Assembly (NCBI GenBank): GCA_036918135.1
Contig: JBALDB010000043.1
Span: 1-28,963, forward strand
DNA length: 28,963 bases
Source of the DNA: Nostoc sp.
GTDB taxonomy: Bacteria; Cyanobacteriota; Cyanobacteriia; Cyanobacteriales; Nostocaceae
Reading direction: 5' to 3'
Shown here: positions 17,203 through 28,100 of the stretch, in pieces
How the letters are laid out: every line of letters starts with the position of its first letter
How positions within the stretch are numbered: the stretch's first letter is position 1
Position numbers and translations under genes: made by a program
The notes under the pieces: model-generated
Database searches by the model: none
The model's input: only the letters and a program-made list of their open reading frames with translations
Told to the model about the DNA's origin: nothing

Positions 17203-18648
17203 ATGACATCACCGTCTACACGACTCCTCAACTCCAACGCTACGGAATCGACAACCCAAGCAAAATCAGGTGGTTGCGGCTGCGACAGCAGTACCACCGT
17301 GGAAATGGACGAAAAGCTCCAAGAGCGGATTGCCAAACATCCTTGCTACAGCGAAGACGCCCATCACCACTACGCCCGGATGCACGTTGCTGTTGCTCCA
17401 GCCTGCAACATTCAATGCAACTATTGTAACCGGAAATATGACTGTGCTAACGAAAGCCGTCCTGGAGTAGTTAGTGAGTTGCTAACCCCAGAACAAGCAG
17501 CACATAAAGCTTTGGTCATTGGAGGCAAGATTCCTCAAATGACAGTTGTGGGAATTGCCGGCCCTGGCGATCCACTGGCAAACCCAGATAAGACTTTCCG
17601 CACATTTGAGTTGATTGCAGAGCAAGCACCAGATATTAAGCTGTGCTTGTCAACCAATGGTCTAATGCTGCCTGACTACATCGATCGCATTAAACAATTA
17701 AACGTAGATCATGTTACGATCACCATTAACATGGTAGATCCAGAGATCGGTGCTAAGATTTATCCTTGGGTTCACTACAAGCGCAGACGTTACAGAGGTC
17801 TGGAAGGCGCAAAAATTCTTCACGAAAGACAGATGGAAGGATTGCAAGCCCTCAAAGATGCTGACATCTTGTGCAAAGTCAACTCCGTAATGATTCCCGG
17901 AATTAACGACCAGCACTTAATTGAAGTAAATCGAGTCATTCGGGAAAAAGGTGCATTCTTGCACAACATTATGCCATTGATTTCTGCACCCGAACATGGC
18001 ACACACTTCGGTTTAATCGGTCAACGCGGCCCCACACCCAAAGAACTCAAAGAAGTTCAAGACAATTGCTCCGGTAACATGAAAATGATGCGTCACTGTC
18101 GCCAGTGCCGCGCCGATGCAGTCGGATTGTTAGGAGAAGACCGCAGTCAAGAATTTTCTAAAGAGAAATTCTTGGAAATGACTCCAGAATATGACATGGA
18201 GAAACGCCAAGAAGTTCACGAAGGCATTGAGAAGTTTAAAGAAGAAATTAAAGCAGCCAAAAACAAGGCGTTAACCAAAAAGAAATTTGCCAACAGTCCT
18301 AAAGTTTTAGTTGCAGTAGCAACCAAAGGTGGCGGCTTGGTTAACCAGCACTTCGGTCATGCCAAAGAATTCCAAATTTACGAAGTGGATGGCAGCGAAG
18401 TTCGGTTTGTCGGTCACCGCAAAATTGACCAATACTGCCAAGGTGGATACGGCGAGGAAGCTTCTTTTGAGCATATAATGAAAGCGATCGCAGATTGCAA
18501 AGCAGTTTTAGTCTCCAAGATTGGTAACTGTCCTCAAGAAAAATTGCAAGAAGCTGGAATACAGACTGTTGAAGCTTACGACGTGATTGAAAAGGTTGCT
18601 TTGGACTTTTACGAGCAATACGTTAAGGAATTAGGAAATAAGGAATAG
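17203..18648 (+). CDS. nifB: Nitrogenase cofactor biosynthesis radical SAM protein NifB
   Basis: [23 protein letters not shown] and CRQCRADA motifs, plus a C-terminal NifX-like domain (HFGHA). ATG 17203 preferred over GTG 17167. Confidence 0.98.
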   Translation: MTSPSTRLLNSNATESTTQAKSGGCGCDSSTTVEMDEKLQERIAKHPCYSEDAHHHYARMHVAVAPACNIQCNYCNRKYDCANESRPGVVSELLTPEQAAHKALVIGGKIPQMTVVGIAGPGDPLANPDKTFRTFELIAEQAPDIKLCLSTNGLMLPDYIDRIKQLNVDHVTITINMVDPEIGAKIYPWVHYKRRRYRGLEGAKILHERQMEGLQALKDADILCKVNSVMIPGINDQHLIEVNRVIREKGAFLHNIMPLISAPEHGTHFGLIGQRGPTPKELKEVQDNCSGNMKMMRHCRQCRADAVGLLGEDRSQEFSKEKFLEMTPEYDMEKRQEVHEGIEKFKEEIKAAKNKALTKKKFANSPKVLVAVATKGGGLVNQHFGHAKEFQIYEVDGSEVRFVGHRKIDQYCQGGYGEEASFEHIMKAIADCKAVLVSKIGNCPQEKLQEAGIQTVEAYDVIEKVALDFYEQYVKELGNKE

Positions 18649-18716
18649 GGAATAGGGAGTAGGGAATTTCAACATTTACCACTCACTACTCCCCATTCCT
18701 CACTCACCACTCCCCA
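18628..18716. repeat. Inverted STRR heptamer arrays after nifB
   Basis: ggaatta ggaaata aggaata gggaata gggagta ... ccactca ctactcc ccattcc ... Confidence 0.75.
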
Positions 18717-18738
18717 TGTTCAAAAATGGAGAATAATT

Positions 18739-19095
18739 ATGGCTTACAAAATTATTACTAGCCAGTGTATTTCCTGCAATCTCTGTCTATCTGTATGTCC
18801 CACAAATGCAGTTAAAGTGGTTGACGGACAGCACTGGATTGACCCTGAACTTTGTACAAACTGCGTTGGTAGCATTCATACCGTGCCTCAGTGTAAAGCT
18901 GGTTGTCCCACCTGCGACGGTTGCGTTAAGCAGCCTAGCGATTACTGGGAAGGCTGGTTTGCTAATTACAACCGCGTAGTTGCAAAATTAACAAATAAAC
19001 AAGATTATTGGGAGCGTTGGTTTAACAACTATTCTCAAAAATACTCAGATCAGTTGCAAAAACGTCAATCCCAAACAGTGGCAGCAGAAGTCTAA
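18739..19095 (+). CDS. fdxN: Ferredoxin FdxN, uninterrupted
   Basis: CISCNLCLSVCP and CTNC...PQCKAGCP motifs; lies between nifB and nifS. Confidence 0.93.
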   Translation: MAYKIITSQCISCNLCLSVCPTNAVKVVDGQHWIDPELCTNCVGSIHTVPQCKAGCPTCDGCVKQPSDYWEGWFANYNRVVAKLTNKQDYWERWFNNYSQKYSDQLQKRQSQTVAAEV

Positions 19096-19204
19096 TTAAA
19101 GCTAAATGTTTAAAATGCAAAGGTTAAAGGGTAAAGGTTAAAAAGCATTAATAATTATTTGCCTTTCCCTTACTTCCCCTTCCTCTTCCCCTTCCAAAAT
19201 AATT

Positions 19205-20413
19205 ATGCAAAATAACTGCATCTATCTCGATAATAATGCCACCACTAAGGTAGACCCAGAAGTTATAGAGGTAATGCTACCTTACCTAACAGATTATTAC
19301 GGTAATCCCTCCAGTATGCATACCTTTGGTGGACAAGTCGGTAAAGCAGTAAGAACAGCAAGAGAACAACTTGCAGCCCTTTTGGGAGCCGATGAGTCAG
19401 AAATTGTCTACACCAGTTGTGGTACTGAAGGAGATAACGCCGCAATTCGAGCTGCACTGTTAGCGCAACCCGAAAAGCGACATATCGTCACCACCCAAGT
19501 CGAACATCCAGCAGTACTCAATGTCTGCAAACAATTGGAAACCCAAGGTTACAGTGTTACCTATCTTTCAGTAAATCATCAAGGACAGTTGGATCTAGAT
19601 GAACTAGAAGCCTCCTTGACGGGTAACACCGCCTTGGTGACAATTATGTATGCTAATAACGAAACCGGCACGGTTTTCCCGATTGAGCAAATTGGGTTGC
19701 GGGTGAAAGAATACGGCGCTATCTTCCATGTAGATGCGGTGCAAGCAGTGGGAAAAATTCCCTTAAATATGAAGACTAGTACCGTAGATATGTTAACCCT
19801 GTCTGGTCACAAGCTGCACGGCCCTAAAGGAATTGGTGCTTTGTATATTCGGCGTGGGGTGCGGTTCCGTCCCTTTATTCTTGGGGGACACCAAGAACGC
19901 GGACGTAGGGCGGGAACAGAGAATGTTCCAGGAATTATCGCCTTGGGCAAAGCTGCCCAACTGGAGCTGTTACACTTAGAAGAAGCGACCACAAGAGAAA
20001 GAAGGCTGCGCGATCGCCTCGAACAAACTTTACTTGCTAAAATTCCCGATTGTGTAGTTAATGGTGACGTTACGCAGAGATTGCCAAACACCACAAATAT
20101 CGGCTTCAAGTACATTGAAGGTGAAGCAATTCTACTGTTATTGAATAAATTCGGTATCTGTGCCTCATCTGGTTCTGCTTGCACCTCCGGTTCTCTAGAA
20201 CCTTCCCACGTCCTGCGGGCGATGGGCTTACCCTACACAACTTTGCACGGTTCCATCCGCTTCAGTCTTTGTCGTTACACCACAGAGGAAGAAATCGAGC
20301 AAGTAATATCAGTAATGCCTGATATTGTAGAACGTTTACGCGCTCTCTCACCTTTCAAAAACGATGATGCGGGTTGGCTGCAAGGACAAGAGCAAGCACT
20401 GGCGCACCGCTAG
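19205..20413 (+). CDS. nifS: Cysteine desulfurase NifS
   Basis: YLDNNATT, SGHKLHGPKG (PLP lysine) and SSGSACTS motifs. Confidence 0.98.
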   Translation: MQNNCIYLDNNATTKVDPEVIEVMLPYLTDYYGNPSSMHTFGGQVGKAVRTAREQLAALLGADESEIVYTSCGTEGDNAAIRAALLAQPEKRHIVTTQVEHPAVLNVCKQLETQGYSVTYLSVNHQGQLDLDELEASLTGNTALVTIMYANNETGTVFPIEQIGLRVKEYGAIFHVDAVQAVGKIPLNMKTSTVDMLTLSGHKLHGPKGIGALYIRRGVRFRPFILGGHQERGRRAGTENVPGIIALGKAAQLELLHLEEATTRERRLRDRLEQTLLAKIPDCVVNGDVTQRLPNTTNIGFKYIEGEAILLLLNKFGICASSGSACTSGSLEPSHVLRAMGLPYTTLHGSIRFSLCRYTTEEEIEQVISVMPDIVERLRALSPFKNDDAGWLQGQEQALAHR

Positions 20414-20512
20414 TAGGGACTGGGGACTAGGGAAGAATTTTCCCAATCCCCAATACCTAATCTCCAATCCCCCAATGCCCCAATCTAAAATCCAAAATCT
20501 AAAATCTAAAAT
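20414..20512. repeat. STRR arrays (GGGGACT / CCCCAAT / CTAAAAT) between nifS and nifU
   Basis: agggact ggggact ... ccccaat acctaat ctccaat ... ctaaaat ccaaaat ctaaaat ctaaaat. Confidence 0.85.
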
Positions 20513-20517
20513 TCATT

Positions 20518-21417
20518 ATGTGGGACTACACTGATAAAGTATTAGAACTGTTTTACAATCCCCAGAATCAGGGAGCAATTGAAGAATCTAGCGAACCTGG
20601 GGTTAAGGTTGCAACGGGAGAAATCGGTAGCATTGCTTGCGGTGATGCTCTGAGATTGCACTTGAAGGTGGAAGTAGAATCTGATAAGATTCTAGATGCT
20701 CGTTTTCAAACCTTTGGCTGTACTAGTGCGATCGCATCTTCTAGTGCATTAACCGAAATGGTCAAAGGTTTAACCTTAGATGAAGCCTTAAAAGTGTCCA
20801 ACAAAGACATTGCAGATTACCTGGGTGGATTGCCAGAAGCGAAGATGCACTGCTCTGTCATGGGACAAGAAGCACTAGAAGCTGCTATCTATAATTATCG
20901 TGGTATTCCTCTAGCTACCCACGATGACGATGATGAAGGTGCGTTAGTTTGTAGCTGCTTTGGGATTAGTGAGTCTAAGATTCGTCGCGTGATTCTAGAA
21001 AATAATCTCACTGATGCTGAACAAGTAACAAATTATGTAAAAGCTGGTGGCGGATGCGGTTCCTGTTTGGCGAATATTGATGATATCATTAGATCAGTGC
21101 AACAGGAAGCCGCCGCACCCGATCTCAACAATTACGGCGTAAAAGTTGCCACAGAAATTGTTACTTCTAAGCAACGAGCGCTAACCAACGTGCAAAAGAT
21201 TGCTCTAATTCAAAAAGTTTTGGATGAAGAAGTCAGACCCGTTCTGATTGCAGATGGGGGAGACGTAGAACTCTATGATGTAGAAGGCGATCGCGTTAAG
21301 GTTGTTCTCCAAGGTGCTTGCGGTTCCTGTTCTAGTAGTACAGCAACTCTAAAAATTGCGATCGAAGCTAGATTACAAGATCGTGTCAGCAACAGCCTTG
21401 TAGTCGAAGCAGTTTAG
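20518..21417 (+). CDS. nifU: Fe-S cluster scaffold NifU
   Basis: GSIACGD, FGCTSAIAS, KMHCS, CSC...GGGCGSC and GACGSC; three-domain layout. Confidence 0.98.
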   Translation: MWDYTDKVLELFYNPQNQGAIEESSEPGVKVATGEIGSIACGDALRLHLKVEVESDKILDARFQTFGCTSAIASSSALTEMVKGLTLDEALKVSNKDIADYLGGLPEAKMHCSVMGQEALEAAIYNYRGIPLATHDDDDEGALVCSCFGISESKIRRVILENNLTDAEQVTNYVKAGGGCGSCLANIDDIIRSVQQEAAAPDLNNYGVKVATEIVTSKQRALTNVQKIALIQKVLDEEVRPVLIADGGDVELYDVEGDRVKVVLQGACGSCSSSTATLKIAIEARLQDRVSNSLVVEAV

Positions 21418-21647
21418 GATTTGCTGTAGGACTTAGACACTCTACAAATACGCTCTAATATGCATCAGCCAAGAACAGAAAGTAGGATTTGAACCGAATC
21501 ATTATTTCCACTCAATGCTTCATACCAATTCTTTCTTAATTAATTGGTATCAGTCCTACCACTATTATGGCTAACAGCATATAGGCTTCATAGATTAAGC
21601 GCCTACTTGCAACTTTCATCCTCCAACTCGCTTCAAAGGAACAGGAT

Positions 21648-22007
21648 ATGAGTGCAACATTGTACGACAAACTTGGCGGAAAACCAACTGTAGAAAAAAT
21701 AGTTGATGATTTGCACAAACGCATTTTGGCAGACAACACCCTCAATCACTTTTTCGCTAATACAGATATGGCGAAACAGCGCGCTCATCAAATTGCTTTC
21801 TTCTCTTTGATATTTGAGGGGCCAAAGGAATACACTGGTCGTCCAATGGACAAAACACACACAGGTATGAATCTACAGCAACAACACTTCGATGCGATCG
21901 CCAAGCATCTAAGTGAAGCTATGGCTGTAAGTGGAGCATCAGCAGAAGACACCAACGCTGCACTAGAGCGTGTCTCCAGCTTTAAGCCCGCTATTTTGAA
22001 CAAATAA
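21648..22007 (+). CDS. glbN: Cyanoglobin, group I truncated haemoglobin
   Basis: TLYDKLGG...FFANTDMAKQRAHQ..F...GP..YTGR.M...H.GM.....HFDA; nifU-nifH position as known for glbN in Nostoc. Confidence 0.95.
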   Translation: MSATLYDKLGGKPTVEKIVDDLHKRILADNTLNHFFANTDMAKQRAHQIAFFSLIFEGPKEYTGRPMDKTHTGMNLQQQHFDAIAKHLSEAMAVSGASAEDTNAALERVSSFKPAILNK

Positions 22008-22188
22008 CAGACTGATGCATTGATTGTTAACAAATAGCTCAGTCAAGTCCTACCTAGTGTTCAAGCTCATACATATTCTGACGTATTTGTAAAGTGAGCA
22101 AGTCCTTTGTTATCAGTTAGAACAAATAACAAAGGACAAACAGAAATTTAACGAGGAAATATATGTACTTGCTTTCAATAATTTTAGC

Positions 22189-23229
<1,041 letters not shown>

Positions 23230-23325
23230 GTCGCCGTTAAGAAATAACGCTTTACCACAAGGAAAAAGGAAGAGTTCCATATCTTACCTTTGACCCTCTC
23301 CCTTGATCTCCCCCCTAACCTTAGA

Positions 23326-23342
23326 GGGGACTCCTAGTCCCC
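23326..23342 (+). other. GC-rich hairpin in the nifH-nifD spacer
   Basis: GGGGACT-CCT-AGTCCCC with no U-tract. Confidence 0.45.
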
Positions 23343-23378
23343 CTATGCCTAGATCCTTAAGAATCACAGAGGCAAATT

Positions 23379-24741
23379 ATGACACCTCCAGAAAACCAAA
23401 ACATCATCGAAGAAAGAAAAGAGCTAATTAAAGAAGTTCTAGACGCTTACCCCGAAAAAGCTAAGAAAAAACGGGAAAAGCACTTAAACGTATACGAAGA
23501 AGGTAAGAGCGATTGCGGCGTTAAGTCTAACATCAAATCTCTTCCTGGTGTAATGACTGCTCGTGGTTGTGCGTACGCCGGTTCTAAGGGTGTGGTTTGG
23601 GGTCCTATTAAGGACATGATCCACATTAGCCACGGGCCTGTAGGTTGCGGTTACTGGTCTTGGTCTGGTCGTCGTAACTACTACATTGGAACCACAGGTG
23701 TTGATACCTTTGGTACCATGCACTTTACCTCTGACTTCCAAGAACGAGACATCGTTTTTGGTGGTGACAAGAAACTCGTCAAGCTGATCGAAGAACTTGA
23801 TGTACTTTTCCCCCTCAACCGTGGTGTTTCCATTCAATCTGAATGTCCCATCGGTCTAATTGGGGATGACATCGAAGCTGTTGCTCGTAAAACATCGAAG
23901 GAAATTGGCAAGCCAGTTGTTCCCGTGCGTTGCGAAGGCTTCCGGGGTGTTTCCCAATCCTTGGGTCACCACATCGCTAACGACATGGTGCGTGACTGGG
24001 TATTCACCAGAGCCGACCAAGCCAAGAAAGACGGCACACTACAGTTTGAAGGTACTCCTTATGATGTAGCCATTATCGGTGACTACAACATCGGTGGTGA
24101 TGCTTGGGCTAGCCGGATTCTGTTAGAAGAACTGGGCTTGCGCGTAGTTGCTCAGTGGTCTGGTGATGGTACAATCAACGAAATGTTGATGACACCGAAC
24201 GTGAAGATGAACTTGATTCACTGCTACCGTTCGATGAACTACATCAGCCGTCACATGGAAGAAGCTTACGGTATACCCTGGTTGGAATACAATTTCTTCG
24301 GCCCCACCAAGATTGCTGAATCCTTACGGGAAATTGCTTCTAAGTTTGACGAGAAGATCCAAGAAAACGCTGAGAAGGTCATCGCCAAGTATCAGCCCAC
24401 AATGGATGTGATTCTTGAGAAGTATCGCCCCCGTTTGGAAGGTAAGACTGTCGCCATGATGGTTGGTGGTCTACGTCCTCGCCACGTTGTCCCAGCTTTC
24501 CAAGATTTGGGCATGAAGATGGTTGGTACAGGTTATGAATTCGCTCATAACGACGATTACAAACGTACCACCCACTATATCGAAAACGGCACCATCGTTT
24601 ATGACGACGTTACCGCTTTTGAATTCGAGGAATTTGTGAAAGCACTTAAGCCAGACTTAATTGCTTCTGGTGTGAAAGAGAAGTACGTCTTCCAAAAGAT
24701 GGGTCTACCCTTCCGTCAAATGCACTCTTGGGATTACTCCG
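23379..24741 (+). CDS. nifD: Nitrogenase MoFe protein alpha chain, 5' segment interrupted by an excision element
   Basis: RGCAYAG, HGPVGC, SECP, HCYRS, GGLRPRH and QMHSWDYS motifs. Similarity stops after WDYS: the expected GPYHG is replaced by [16 protein letters not shown]. Confidence 0.98.
24731..24741 (+). other. 11-bp recombination site GGATTACTCCG of the nifD element
   Basis: Exact match to the direct repeat used by XisA in Anabaena/Nostoc PCC 7120, at the point where nifD similarity ends. Confidence 0.95.
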
Positions 24742-25208
24742 AACCTAGCGATCGCTCTTACAAGTCAAGTCAGGTAAGTTTTTTACTATAGTAGTAGAAA
24801 AAAAAGTCAATTTTTAGCCTAAATGCAAGTTTTAGGGTTATTCAATAACAATCTGTTGTGATACTTTAGATAATATAACTCTTATTCTGTCTGGTTTTAA
24901 GATTTGAAACACATTTTGCCTCCAGAAAAACTGTAAAACAAAAGACTATTTAAAATAGCATTTTTTTAGATTAAATGGGGCGATCGCCTCAAATCCCTAC
25001 AAAACAATTATTTGGGTTATGTGAGATAAAAGTGCGTCGTTACTAGAGGGATACGATTATATAACCGCAATTGTGCTGCATCACTAGGGCTGGTTGCTAA
25101 AAATAAAATTTTAACTTTGTTATCCATGCATATAATTTTTGTATGAGTGAGTTTTTTGGGTAATAATTAGTTCGATGAAAGTAAGTGCGTGTTACCTGAA
25201 CCTAGAAA

Positions 25209-26198
25209 CTACTGTATTTGGTGATAGGCATAGCTAGATTTAATGTAATCATTGAGATATTTACCATGAGAAGACGCACTGAGGAGTCCATGAAAAAGGT
25301 GCTCAGGAACGCTGAAATAGTGATAGATAGAGCTAGAATGAAACTCTACTTCTAGTATTTTAGTTTGTGCATCATAGCCAATGGACGATACATTCGATGA
25401 CCTGACTGAAACTCGTTGTATTACGTTCTGAATCTCCTCAAAGTCTGAGTCATTACGAAAACAATGGTTCTTTGTGTTGACCTCTTGCCATTCTCTATAA
25501 GGTGAGTGAATTCCGATTAATGCTAGCAATTTTTCCTTCTCTTCGGCTCTACGCTCATCGCTCTGGAACCTACTGAGAATTTCGGTAAGCGCCTCATCAG
25601 TAATAGCAGCTACTTGTTCCAATGGCAGTACTGGAACATCATCAGATGTTAATTGACCATCCTGGTTCTTGTGAATCAAATCTCTTAAATCCGCAGCTCT
25701 GTAAATTAAGCGTGCTGAGAGACTGTCAAAAGGTCGTACAATCTGAACTAGCGGGCCTGCACCTGGCAAGTGATCCACACTACATTCAGCTGCGCGTGCA
25801 CGCAAAGCACGAAGAACCTTGTCATAAGCGTCAACGTTACCCCAATCCACCCATTGCCAATTCTGCAAACGTAAAGGCAGTTCACACGAATCAAGCTTTA
25901 CAGGAATAATAAAAATTGTGCCGTCTGGTTTCTCTTCAGCTATATCCAATGCAAGCTTAATTTCCTTTTGGATGTAACCCTCTTTACGAACTGAACGTGA
26001 AGACAAACACACCAATATAGCGTCACTACTTCGAGCAGCCTGCCTTATTTCCAAATTCCAATCTTGCCCTGGTAACAGTTCTTTCTCATCAAACCACGGC
26101 TTCACACCGTCTTCTCGCAATTTTGAATAGATTTCGCGGACAGCACTCCTATCTTCAGAACCGTAACTTAGAAAGACGCGAAGGTATTTGTTACTCAT
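25209..26198 (-). CDS. TIR domain + KTSC domain fusion protein
   Basis: N-terminus RVFLSY..ED...PWFD...LLPGQDW..EI...YIQKEI...IIPV is a TIR_2 pattern. Residues 260-329 (V.SSNVSSIGYD....ILEVEF....IY.Y..VP......LL.ASS.GKY.N..IK..Y) are a KTSC pattern. Confidence 0.88.
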   Translation of the reverse strand: MSNKYLRVFLSYGSEDRSAVREIYSKLREDGVKPWFDEKELLPGQDWNLEIRQAARSSDAILVCLSSRSVRKEGYIQKEIKLALDIAEEKPDGTIFIIPVKLDSCELPLRLQNWQWVDWGNVDAYDKVLRALRARAAECSVDHLPGAGPLVQIVRPFDSLSARLIYRAADLRDLIHKNQDGQLTSDDVPVLPLEQVAAITDEALTEILSRFQSDERRAEEKEKLLALIGIHSPYREWQEVNTKNHCFRNDSDFEEIQNVIQRVSVRSSNVSSIGYDAQTKILEVEFHSSSIYHYFSVPEHLFHGLLSASSHGKYLNDYIKSSYAYHQIQ

Positions 26199-26506
26199 AA
26201 GGACAATGGCTGAAACCAGCTAAAATACTATATTTGTCTGCTATGGAATATAGACTGCTTAACATTAGATGCTAAGTCCGCTATCCTAGCCTAGAGATCA
26301 TACTTAGGTAATATTTAAATTGTAGTGATAACCGTACTAAAGCGTCTTTCATCAGCCTTAGAAACGTCAGTACAAAAAGAACTGTAAATTTTAAAATAAC
26401 TAGTGAAATTCGCAATTAGCAAATAAAGGTAATAAAGATGATTTAATCGCCTTTATGGACGAGCGTCCTAACTCAATAACACGCCACTGTATATTTAGGG
26501 ATTGTG

Positions 26507-26597
26507 TGTGAGATGCACAAAAAGTAGACCGTTAGTGCGATCACCTTTAGCGATTATCTGTGAAATACACAAGAACTAGACCGTCGTAGCGATCACC
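26507..26597. repeat. Degenerate 39-bp direct repeat x2 (period 52 bp)
   Basis: tgtgagatgcacaaaaagtagaccgttagtgcgatcacc versus tgtgaaatacacaagaactagaccgtcgtagcgatcacc (31/39 identical). Confidence 0.7.
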
Positions 26598-26714
26598 CTC
26601 ACTCGACAATAAACTAGGCGATCGCATTAAACTGTTACTACCTCAATTAACAATCCTAGTACTTTGCTGAAATCTCGATGATTGCGAGTTAACAAAATTA
26701 ATTTACGAGATAGT

Positions 26715-26744
26715 GCGATGCCTGTGGCGGGCTACACCAACCGC
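26715..26744 (+). repeat. Degenerate small dispersed repeat in a HIP1 site
   Basis: GCGAT-GCCTGTGGCGGGCTACACCAAC-CGC. Confidence 0.7.
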
Positions 26745-26852
26745 ACTTAATTATTCTTAGTTTTGTCAGTTGGTTGAACTGCGATCACTTCTATACTTCT
26801 GTTTCAATACCTTGTTGTGCTGCGGATTCTAAAACTTTTTGGTGCTGTTCTT

Positions 26853-27455
26853 TTAAGCATTCCGTACCATCCAAACTAAAAAGCCCAGTATTTGATCTAT
26901 TGGAGGCAAAGGATAGTCAGTTAAATCAATTTCTACTATCTGCTCTATTAGCCGAAGAAACCGCCACTGAGTTCCATTGGTGATACTCCCATAGATTGCC
27001 TGTGTGGGATTTTCTTTGAGGTGGTTAAATCGCTGGGCGGCGATCATTTCCGCAATACATTGACCTATCCCAGCATTTAAGTCTCCTTTTTTTGCCTCTA
27101 CAATTACTACTGTAGGCGCTTCTATTTCTAGCAGCTCTGGAGAACGGCTAATTAAAAAATCGCATCGACCATTTAATCCAACTGTTGCATCCACTGTAAA
27201 ATCTTGACCAGAAAAAAGGCTGATTTTACGCTCTAATATCCGACGAACCTCTACCAGAACAGGGCTGATTATTAACTCAGATCGGGCCTTTTCACTGCCT
27301 GTTGCCACTGCTAGTGGTAAGTTTTCCTTGAGCGATTCTTGCAAGTTTGAACTAGGGCTAATTGGTTCTATTTCAGGTAAAAAGCGATCGCCCTCACGAG
27401 TGGAAATCCCAAAGGCGCTTTTTACCTTGCCAAGGGTGAATTCGTCATATGCCAT
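26853..27455 (-). CDS. PD-(D/E)XK-like (restriction-endonuclease fold) cyanobacterial hypothetical protein
   Basis: SEKARSELIISPVL...LNGRCDF...IVEAKK...GQCIAEM.AAQ...IYG.ITNG..W.F. Confidence 0.8.
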   Translation of the reverse strand: MAYDEFTLGKVKSAFGISTREGDRFLPEIEPISPSSNLQESLKENLPLAVATGSEKARSELIISPVLVEVRRILERKISLFSGQDFTVDATVGLNGRCDFLISRSPELLEIEAPTVVIVEAKKGDLNAGIGQCIAEMIAAQRFNHLKENPTQAIYGSITNGTQWRFLRLIEQIVEIDLTDYPLPPIDQILGFLVWMVRNA

Positions 27456-27478
27456 TTTAACTTTACGCTTAATGTGAA

Positions 27479-27945
27479 TTAAGACCTAAATTTCTGAACA
27501 ATTGTCTGTACAATTGTCAAAATAGCTCCTACGTTATCCAAGTAATATCTTTGCTTATTGACCAAAGCCACTTTTTGCGAAAGTTGCAGAAACTGCCATA
27601 CTTCTCCTGTTGTCACGCATCCATATACAGGTATTTCTGCTTGTCCAGATGAACGATTGAATAAATCTGCCGCCACCATTTGGGCAATGCACTGTCCTAA
27701 CCCAGCTTCAACATCATTTTTCTTCGCTTCCACAACAGTGAGAATTGGGCTTCGCAACGGTGGTAAAGGTGGAGCTATTGCTAAAATAAAATCACATTCC
27801 CCAATCAAACCTTGTGCAGGATCGACATCAAGTCTTTGTCCAGAGAAAATAGCCAACCTATCTTGGCTCAGATCGCGACAAGTTAATAAAATCGGTACAA
27901 TAATAAATTCGCTTCGAGCCTTTTCACTAATTAGAGCTAATTGCG
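27479..27945 (-). pseudogene. 5'-truncated paralogue of the PD-(D/E)XK-like gene
   Basis: The frame extends upstream of the called ORF as TQLALISEKARSEFIIVPILL and then hits a stop. About 45-50 N-terminal codons are missing relative to the paralogue. Confidence 0.8.
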
Positions 27946-28100
27946 TTCGCTTTCATAATATACGCTATTACCAAAGGTTAGCGCACCAGTTGGGTATACA
28001 CAACCCAAACTACAGCTTTGTGACTTTGTTACTATTCCGGTTCAAATCTAGCACAGGAAAAAAGTAGTCAGGAGAAAATTGATTGAATGGAATATCTAAG

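Noticed and set aside
15424..19095. fdxN excision element implied by xisH/xisI
   Set aside because: fdxN is uninterrupted and no XisF-like serine recombinase is present in the window.
24742..24791. C-terminal tail [16 protein letters not shown] as real NifD sequence
   Set aside because: It is read-through into the excision element after the recombination site.
25622..28067. Plus-strand ORFs 25622-25909, 26774-26983 and 27558-28067
   Set aside because: They are antisense to better-supported minus-strand genes and have no motifs.
27950..28100. Retron msr-msd RNA next to the RT
   Set aside because: This lies downstream of the RT and shows no long a1/a2 inverted repeat. The ncRNA is normally upstream, which is outside the window.
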